DNA of 64,000 bases from Bigelowiella natans CCMP2755. Its lineage: Eukaryota; Protista; Cercozoa. A program made the position numbers and the translations under genes. Below, in pieces: positions 54,768-64,000 of this stretch (positions are counted from its first letter, which is position 1; each line of letters starts with the position of its first letter). The stretch lies in NCBI GenBank assembly GCA_000320545.1, contig ADNK01002450.1:23930-87929 (forward strand), written 5' to 3'. Under the pieces are notes generated by a model. The model saw only the letters and a program-made list of their open reading frames with translations, was not told the origin of the DNA and made no database searches.

Positions 54768-55241
54768 TTGCTATATGTCAAAGTAAAGGGGTTAAGGGAA
54801 TGCAATTACAGAGTGAAGTGGCTAGCAGTTAACAGTCATTTTATGCGATAATAACAGTTTGTGCTGACGATGACGCATTCATATGTCTCACACGTGTACC
54901 ATCATTTTATCAAGGACTCGTCCTCGGGCCAAACCAAAGATCTACCAATTGGTTATGAATATATATATATATATTTATAAAAATAACTTTCATACTCAAT
55001 ATCAAGACAAACTCTTTCTAAAAGGAAAAACTGGCCGAGCGATAAATTTGATTATTTAAAATGTAGATGGGGAGGAGGGAGACTCGTTAGCTTCCAGCCG
55101 TCACAAAAGAGTATGGGTGACAATATATACCCACACAGTCTCTACCAATGCATACGTTCATATTGATATGTATGTGTCTGTGTGTGTATGTGTTTATTTC
55201 TAACATGGATATCTGTGTTTACGTGTTCAAATTATAATATA

Positions 55242-55288
<47 letters not shown>

Positions 55289-55775
55289 TATATTATATAA
55301 TGTCATATCTACAATTCAAATTTTCCCCTCGTGGAACTTATATGTGAGTGCCCGCTCACCTCGCTCATCACCAACCATACAATAAAAGATATCATTCGTC
55401 GCTACATGCCTTGATGGGGAATCCGCATTAGCTGCAAAGTACCCCACTGCGAGGGGTCATATACGCCGAATTGAGGAGCTTGGAGGTAGGCAAGATTCCG
55501 TCGCATATTTCTCGCTGTTTCACTGTGTTTGTTTGTGAAATGCCAAGCGATACAACAACACACACTCACGTGCGCATTTGTATGCGCGTACTGACTGTCG
55601 TTGCCTGCCTTGCAACTATCAACATCAGGCGCCGTCCTCAAGAACGTCGATGGTGCTGTTCCTACGAATGATGAGATATGCGTGCACTAGAGCTCGGTTT
55701 TTAGCGTTAAAACAAAAACCTGTGTGTGTGTTCCTTCGGTCTGTTCTGTACCTGAAATTGAGGAAGGGGGCCTTC

Positions 55776-55827
<52 letters not shown>

Positions 55828-56167
55828 ATACATCTTGAAAATAAGTAAGCTCATACACACACACACACACACACACACATGTACTCACACGTATAATACA
55901 CACTGTTTGTCATAATGACTTCATATAGGCACCAAACTGGATGCAAAGACGCTGCTGATGTTCGTCACTCACCTCACAACACGCGCATATATAATAACTT
56001 CCAGCAGCTGTCCATATCCACAAAACACTACACTTGGAGAGAATACTGTATGTCTTGTTTTCATAAAAGTATTTACATTTGCGTGGCTTGTATATAGAGG
56101 TCCTGTGAAGAAAGGATTTGACAGGATCATCTTCAACTTTCCGCACACAGGGTGGGTGGGTATTAAT

Positions 56168-56202
<35 letters not shown>

Positions 56203-56411
56203 ATATATATTATATGTGTGTGTGTGTTATAGCTAAAGCATCCGTTGTAATATGCGCGTATAATGAATATCGAAAGTCCAAGGACGGGCAAGTGTGAGCG
56301 TGCTTGTGTCGTTATGCATTTTGTATATTTATGTGATACGTTTATTCATGTTGCTTTGGATCGCAAGGTGCGGGATACAAGACACGGAAAAGGTAATAAT
56401 TCCAATCATTC

Positions 56412-56451
<40 letters not shown>

Positions 56452-56873
56452 GCACGCACAAACACACGCACAGCAAAAACACTGCAATACCGACAATTCG
56501 GGCTTTTTCTTCATCGGCATATAAGCGGCGCGTACTAAGGGCAGCCTTTGCACACACATAGAACAACGAAGTCCACAGGCAGCTGCTATTCCATTTCTTG
56601 AAGTCATCTGCCAAGTGCATAGAGAAAAGCAAAGGGTGAGGATTTTAGTCATAGTTCTGCAAGTCGCTGATGCTGGTAGCGCTGTCTATATACAGCAGAG
56701 CATGCACGCACACGGTACGAAGAGTTACTATAATTCTAACAAATAGGGAGATTCATGTAACGTTAAAGAAGGGGCCTCCATATGACCACTGGAATTTGCC
56801 CGTCCAGGTTGGTGCGTGGCAAAAATAACAACAATGCGCATTCTTCATAATACAATCGTCTAGAGAATCGTCT

Positions 56874-56959
<86 letters not shown>

Positions 56960-57156
56960 TAATTAGGTTCGTAGAACAGAGATATTAAGATTGAAGTCGT
57001 CCTATGAGTTCTACCCCCATCTTTACAAGGGGTATGTGATTGTTTAACCTCAACTGATTTTGTTGTTTACCGATTCGGTGCTGTTTTGGCGCATGCTCCG
57101 AGATGTCTTAGCCCAGGAATCGCACATAAAAAGAAAATTCATTTATAATAATTATA

Positions 57157-57218
<62 letters not shown>

Positions 57219-57543
57219 AGCAACAGCATACACGTCTACTTGAGCGTCATGTAATACCTAGAAATACCATTTCATTATTCAGGTATCGGCATCGAAGGAC
57301 TCTTGGCGCCCAATTTGCTGAGGAAGAGGAAGGTAGTAGCAAGTTAGAGCAATTTTCTTTCGCGCGTTGGTTGCATTACAGTGTCGTGTGATGGATTGTT
57401 GGTAAGATCTTCGTTGATTCAATCCTCATTCATGCGTTGTTACTTGCAGGAGGGCCCAGTGCAAATGCTGATATAGTGTCTAGCGGATCGCGCACTACGT
57501 CATCACGCTAAAGCCTCCTCTGCACAATAATGCTAAAAACTGA
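53904..57543 (+). CDS. BMT5: 25S rRNA (uridine-N3)-methyltransferase BMT5-like (DUF2431) protein
   Basis: MGKNRAGRK start; SILLVGE|GDFSFSVAL (54385-54640), VLKNVD, FDRIIFNFPHTG (56115-56152), LLFHFLKS, GEIHVTLKKGPPYDHWNL (56747-56800), YRHRRT. Ends at 57511 as assembled, or 57543 if there is a 1-nt indel. Confidence 0.88.
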
Positions 57544-57984
57544 TGTTTCGTTCTTCATATTGATGGTGAAAAGCTAGAAAGGACTGATTTGCATCGCATG
57601 CCTAGATGTTATCCGTTCGAAAAATCGTTGTAAATTGCCACGCGTTATCGGCGCGTCATTACATGCTAGTTATTGGCTTTGCTCGCGCGCGCTTGCCGTG
57701 TTAAAGTGTTGTGCACGCTAGCATGTAGAGGGCGCAGGCAGGACTCGAGCGCATCCAACAAGCATTGCGCATGAGCTTAATAGCACAGTCGATGTCAATA
57801 TCTTGCAATTCGATACAAATAAGTTGAGAATAAATATTTACATTTTTTTCTTAAAGCGAAAGCTAGAAAGATGCATTCTCTAATCTAAATAGTTGTTCAC
57901 GACTGTTTTTTTGTCTCGCACTGCTTGACTGCGTGGAACATATCTAATCAATATCTGCCGTAGTACAGCGCATAATTCTACCTC

Positions 57985-59360
57985 TTAAACTGTGTATATC
58001 TTAAGGCGAGTCCGTATGTGTTTGCTACAGTATGGACATTTCTTCACCTTTTGCGAGCACGTTTCGCACGCCATAAAGTGGCCACAAGGGGCGAAGGCGA
58101 TTTCTCGCTTGTTCGCAAAGCAAATCACGCACTCTGGTCTCTGCAAAACATTACCAAATGAGGGGGGAATCTTGCAAAAAGAAAATCGATATTTCCAGCG
58201 TAACAGCATTCTCTTTGGTGACGCTCGCTTCGAAGCAAGTTACGTATTACTCATCACTCATGCAGTTGCAAATTTTAAACATAATATTGCGCAACGATTA
58301 TCTTGATATGCTACTTATTGATGCTACCTCTAATGATTTATTGCTGTTGATTCCTAGACGCTTTCTTCGCCGCCTTAGATTCTTCATGTAGCGCGACGTC
58401 TTTTCGAGTGCTCGTTTCCTCTCGTCTAGATACCCTGAAACATCGGCGGAATCTTGTCGGAATGCATTCGAACGAATAACTGTTGCTCGCACTCTAAGAA
58501 GGGGGAGGAGCTAAAGCCTACCTAGGTATAGATAAGCAAAGGCCGATGCAAAGGAAATTCCGAGAGCTCCATAAAGAAGGTACCTATCAGCCACCACCAA
58601 GAAACAGCTTACTCATATGAACGGCGCCGGGTGAATCAGAGGATTATTCTTTCGTACCTCGTGGTGGAGGACTTGTCGTACTGGAACCCGTCATATGTGT
58701 TGAAGGTAGCACAAAACACGCACACACGCGCCATGTAAGAGAAGAGTCGTCGGTGGAAAAGCAGAGAGGGAGCATTGGCCTAATCTATGCGCATCGTGAC
58801 CTCTTCGCGTAGGATAGAATCTGGAGTGCCGCTTCTTATGACCAGAGGGTGATTCCCTGTAGTGTCAAACTCCCAGATCCTGCCTCCTAGCCGCTCGATG
58901 TGGCCATAAATAGTGACAGGCTGTCTGTTTCGTAAGAAGCCATGCACGGCAGCGAGACCGGAGTATCCCGACGCCTGAACATCTGATGACCGAATCACCT
59001 GAAGGATGATGTCGTTAGTCGTGCACTGTCAGGCGCGAAGTCCTGAAAGAAGAGACCTTTGCAGACGCGAATAAGCGATATTTCCGGTTCCACTGGCGAT
59101 GCAGGAGGTACGTTCCAACCGTGAAAACCGAGGAGGAGCATGATGCCTGGTCAACGAAACACCGACATCGAAGAGAACACTTCTGTGATGATTACTACGC
59201 GCCATGTTGCGTAGCAAGTTACGCGTGATACACCTAACATTCAGAGCACAGTAGTAACCAAGAATGCAAAGAGCTGATCGGGTGGAGGCCCCTTTCTCTT
59301 CCGGCCACCATCATCTGGCTTATTGGGTCCGTTTCCTTTTTCATCAAAGCCACCATTCAT
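57985..59360 (-). CDS. Membrane-anchored RING E3 ligase, MUL1/SP1-like (TM - short GIDE-like loop - TM - C3HC4 RING)
   Basis: MNGGFDEKG...QLFAFL|GIMLLLGFHGW (TM1); QPVTIYGHIERLGG...HPLVIRSGTPDSILREE (GIDE C-terminal-like); YLLYGALGISFASAFAYLYL (TM2); C-terminal CVICFANKREIAFAPCGHFMACETCSQKVKKCPYCSKHIRTRLKIYTV*. Confidence 0.78.
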
Positions 59361-59903
59361 CGTGGGAAGGACACTGCTTTGCCCTTCAGCTGCCCCGGCG
59401 GAGAAAATAGACGCTATTTGACACGGCGGAACCTCGAAGTGGCGACTGGTGCGGCCATTGAGAGACTTCTGTGACTGTTGATCTGTCGATAGTTCTTAAA
59501 AACGTGTATGGGATCGTAGATTTATCGATAAAACGCAGTCTGTTTTTCTATAACGACTACCCATAAAAGCAAAACTACTGAGTGCTTAAAACAAAAGTCA
59601 GGAGGAACGGCTCGGGAATTTCTCTGCGACAATGAAACGAGGAAGAGAATCTTAGCTAAAATCCATGGCATTTTTTTCATGATAGAAACCCATAAAAAAT
59701 CGGGGAGCAACCACAGCCCATTCATTTTCGGCTTCTTACGAGCCACGAGAAAAGGCACGTGTCAGTGCCGGGAAAGAAGATCTTTCTCTACAAACGCAGG
59801 ACATTTTAAGAGGTTTTCCACTTCTACGGCCACATTTCTGAATAAAAACTGAATTTCCTTCGACGAGCACTCGGCCGATACAGAGGAGGACTGTCCCCTG
59901 CCC
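59361..59903. promoter_or_regulatory. Putative bidirectional promoter RING E3/ICME-like
   Basis: ~540-bp spacer between divergent start codons. Confidence 0.4.
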
Positions 59904-61478
59904 ATGCACAGCTTGCTTTCTCCGGCTTCTGCAGGACACAAACGTGACCGCGAGGAATATTCCCTGAACATATCCACCCAGCAAGCTGGTTCGATAAACA
60001 TGGTTGATAAAGCCGCAGCTACGAGCCCTTCCAAGCGTCCTCGTCGGGTAGAGTTGTCAATGCTCAAATCCCCCGAGATAGCATTCCTCAGAGCCTACAA
60101 GTTTATCCTTCCTGCGCAGCTGAGAGCGTTTTCCCTTCGAAGAGGGTCTGTATCTGAATACCGACATCGTGTAGATCAGAATACTAACAATATCCTCGCC
60201 ATCTTCCCCCCCCCCCTAAAATCTTTGACTTCGTAGGTGGGGAAGGGCACTGGTGAACCTGGGCAGTTACATCGGCGGAATGGCAAAGATCGCTGCGGCC
60301 AAGCCAAGTCATCTCTCTCATTATCTTCCAAATATCTTTCCAATGACAATGAGGGCAAGTGACCAGCAATCTACCCCCCCCCCCCCGACACATCCAGTGC
60401 CATACCGACGTAGCTATGGGAACCATCCCTCCCAAATTATGGACATTTACCCCTCGACAAAGCACAGCAGCCCTGTAAACTCCGGTTCCTCCCATCCCTC
60501 TGCTCCTCCAACGGTGGTATTTGTACATGGCGGTGCATGGGGGTCGGGGCATCCTTACATGTACAAGCTGGTGGGTATGAGCTTAGCTTCCGAAGGCATT
60601 AACTGCATCGTTCTCGGTTATCGTACGTATCCTTGCACCGACGTCAACGGCCAAGTTGGTGATCTAATAGCCGCGTTTGGATACATAAATGACGCCGTCA
60701 AAGCGCATGAATTCACCGGTATTGACCCGGAATCTGCAATATATGCCTGCGGCCATTCGAGCGGAGCGCACATAATCGCGTTGTCGTTCCTCAAGGAAGC
60801 CCCTGATAGGACGTCTATCTGCAACATCGGTATGTAAGCGCTTTAATGGCGGATAAAGCTATTGACTTGTAGTCGTGAGAAAGAGTGTTGTTGGGTGCAC
60901 ATCTTTGGAATCTCACAGCGGATATATTTTGTGTGATATGATGTTTGTTAGTGCGGGGATTCATTGGGCTCAACGGCCCTTACCACTTATGGCAGATGTA
61001 TGAGTTTCATCGAGATATTGGAATCAACGACGTTGGACCTCTCTGTCCAGCTAATGGCGGCAAAGAAAACTTTGACAGGAACTCCCCCGTCTTAATATTA
61101 GAAGAAAGGGCTGCTGCAGCAAAAGCGGAGAGACGGGGGGGGGAGGGCAACATGCCATCGGGGACACGGATGGAACGAAAGAAAGCTCAAAGCAAAGGAA
61201 AGTCGAGAAATTGTGCAGCATCGTTTCCGAGGTCGCTATTACTGCACAACGAAAAGGATTGCATTATCCCTTGCTCCAGCTCTGAAAGACTCCACAGGGC
61301 CATAGCATCATTCAAGGACATTGGTGATGACGAAGGCGCCCACCTCCCTTCTGGCCACTCGCGATTGGTTACTTTGCCGGAAGGAGACCACTTCAGCACG
61401 CTGATAGAGTTGGCAGTGGGTGGTGATAAAGATGGCAAATCCACGTTGTTGAAGGAACTGAAACTGTTTTGCTGTTAG
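59904..61478 (+). CDS. Alpha/beta hydrolase, isoprenylcysteine methylesterase (ICME)-like, 3 exons
   Basis: YGNHPSQIMDIYP, VVFVHGGAWGSG, LGYRTYP, nucleophile GHSSGAH, FIGLNGPY, LLHNEKDCIIP (Asp), EGDHF (His); introns ~60145-60236 and ~60830-60950. Confidence 0.85.
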
Positions 61479-62455
61479 CAATGCAAGCACGCATCACTTG
61501 GCAAGTGCTATTTTTAGCCGCCATGCATGCTAAAGTGAGATCGTATCGAAAATGCATGCAAAGCAGCCCTTTCCGATGTACGGACCGCACACGCTAGATA
61601 AGACGGCCGTACACTGTTTGACTCGTGCATCATTACGGACGCTTAGTTGCTGAAGGAACTTCAATATATAATAGTGATTGAGGCAGAGCCAAGTTCCATG
61701 CTAAAAGTGATATTTGTTACAATTACTTATATACGCTTGGTATATATTCATAGTAACATAAAAGTATGGCCTGCTAATATCTACGAACATACGCTATATA
61801 TGTATAGTATTAGCCATACTAGAATGCTTGTGCTACGCTAGTAACTTCTAGAACGTGCGCTATACGACCACTTTATTTTCTCTACAATAGACGAATATAG
61901 TCATTTGTGACACATTAGCTGGGCAACAATAAGCATTGCATTGTACAATCATTACACATAGACATGCTTTGCTACGCACGCATCGCAATCATAGCAACGG
62001 TAAACATGCACGCATGTACGTGGGAAATCCATGCTAACATGCACTTAATGCATACGCGTGTCTACTATGTGGTGCTGGAAGAATACATGCTCTACATCGA
62101 GGTCACTCTCGTACACCGATGAGGACTTTGCCAACAGTTATAGACTACTTACATGATAATGACATTTTTTGAAAGTACAGATTACAAAAGAGAGAGCATC
62201 TAAATCATGCATGGCAATTCCTATCATCTGTATATGATATCCTTGGCTTGTGCACTGATGCTACTACACGTTGTAGAAACGTACAATCCCATCCGCACCT
62301 GGAGGCACAATTCAAAAATAACCATACGATGTCATGTACACGACCTCTATACCTCGTACACAAACATCTTTGTACAAACCCAAAGCTCCATGATCTCAAT
62401 GGGCAATTTCGCATGACATTAAAAAAAAAATCATATGCGGAAGCTCATCAAGGCT

Positions 62456-63912
62456 CTAATCAGAGTCGATGACATTCCATATGAGAAGATACGAAACTAT
62501 TTGCAATTACGCTCTAAACTTCTTCATCATCAAATAGTAGGAAAACTCAATCACACACACACACACGAACACACCTGCAGTCACCAACTTCGCTCTTGAT
62601 TCGATCTCTCCTCCCTCCGGCATTACCTTCTGATTAAGGAAAACGTGTGCAGCGTGTAAAACATCTGAAATCTAAGACATCTTGCAGGTGCGACAGATAA
62701 ATGGTATTCTTTATCCAAACCATACACATCGTATTATTCCCCACGAAGTCGAAATTTATGCAGGTTTTACACACGCACTCACACACACACTCGCACGCAC
62801 ACACACACACACACGCACGCACGCACGCACATACATGTACACACGTATATCAAACGTACGATGTCGTATATAGGCTCGCAATCGGCGCCAACATATTCTT
62901 CTAATATCTTCGTTCCTCCGGCCTAATCCACACAAATCTCATGAGACTCTTCAAAGCTGCAGCATGCAGTTGTATTAACAAATGTTGGCTGCAAGATTGC
63001 CCTGTTTAGCAATCATCCTTAAAAAGTATCATTCCAGTACTTAAGTAGGAACGATTCTAGTCAAGTTGAGGCGCATGAAACACGTCGATCTCCCCACACA
63101 TTATCAGCACAAACAACAAGCAAAACCAAGATTATCTTAATTATCTTCGCTTCAACCTCCCACATCGTCACAGTCCCGTCGGCGTGTGCGCTAATAAATG
63201 AACCTGCACAACACAAGAACATCGATGAACATCTTCTATATCCCCCCCTCATACCTCCTGGTTTGCCTTCGTCTTGCGAACGGGTGCGCGATATTCATGC
63301 ATGTTTCCCGCATAATTTTTTGCCTCGGGAAGTTGTATTTACTTTTTCCGGCGGTTTATCATCCAAAGGCACACACGGAACGTGTGCAGCCCTCATCGCA
63401 GTCTTACCGTCATCGTCCAGAGCGCAAACACTTCCAATCGCGGCATCGTTTTTCTGACGTACACATCACACTTATATCGATTGCATTGGAAACCGATGTG
63501 TGTGGTGTGTCATTTAGGGGAAAAAAAAGCTTGGAAAAAAGGAAAAATCCTGCATAGAATATCTGATGTGTACGAGAGGAGCCCAAAGCCTTCAGTATAT
63601 ACCAACAACTCATAGCACTACCTCGATCCTCTAAAGACATGTTACAAAATGCAGCAGTATCCAACACTCACCCTTACGGCGAACAAAGGCGAAGTCATCT
63701 TCCTTAAATCCAACCCGAAAAGCACTCCTACGCATTGAGCAGAGAAAGGAAATACAGGACATGGAGTTGGAACCAAGACTTTCAAGAGCTGTGGAGAGAG
63801 AGGTAACAACGTTTAATACTACCGGACTCGGTGCCAAGAATGAGCTGGTTCCCACCGCCCCACCGATCTATACACAATACGATACAAAATGAGTGGAACG
63901 ATTGCACGACAA

Positions 63913-63949
<37 letters not shown>

Positions 63950-63963
63950 TTACAACTTCATAT

Positions 63964-64000
<37 letters not shown>
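62456..64000 (-). CDS. WD40-repeat protein, 3' part only
   Basis: Exons NQLILGTESG|VLFGLDLRK, IGSVCALDDDG, SFISAHADGTVTMWE, KLVTA|VSYLLIWNVIDSD*. Confidence 0.65.

Noticed and set aside
1-64000. CRISPR arrays, tRNA/rRNA genes, prokaryotic operons, alternative genetic code
   Set aside because: No repeat-spacer arrays or recognisable structural RNAs by eye; apparent in-frame stops checked in conserved genes resolve as ordinary introns.

Overview
Eukaryotic nuclear DNA, gene-dense and very intron-rich, with short GT-AG introns often filled with (TA)n/(CA)n/(GA)n microsatellites. A bipartite signal+transit leader on one gene suggests an alga with a complex plastid (chlorarachniophyte-like; inference). 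The supplied ORF track is mostly shadow ORFs, so genes were rebuilt by manually splicing exons. Eleven genes alternate strictly in strand: giant RCC1-repeat protein with a possible divergent RasGAP region (-, runs off the left edge), orphan (+), enoyl-CoA delta-isomerase (-), ADO/PCO thiol dioxygenase (+), a ~14 kb polycystin-1-like receptor (NHL-mucin-REJ-GPS-multi-TM-PDZ) (-), plastid-targeted DedA/VTT protein (+), PUB-PP2C fusion (-), BMT5-like methyltransferase (+), MUL1/SP1-like RING E3 (-), ICME-like esterase (+), WD40 protein (-, runs off the right edge). Best leads: the PDZ-bearing PKD1-like receptor, the PUB-PP2C fusion, a splice-dependent peroxisomal -SRL tail whose donor overlaps a stop codon, CTAG-rich tracts between convergent genes, and a 424-bp MITE. 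Exon boundaries are manual calls and not transcript-verified.
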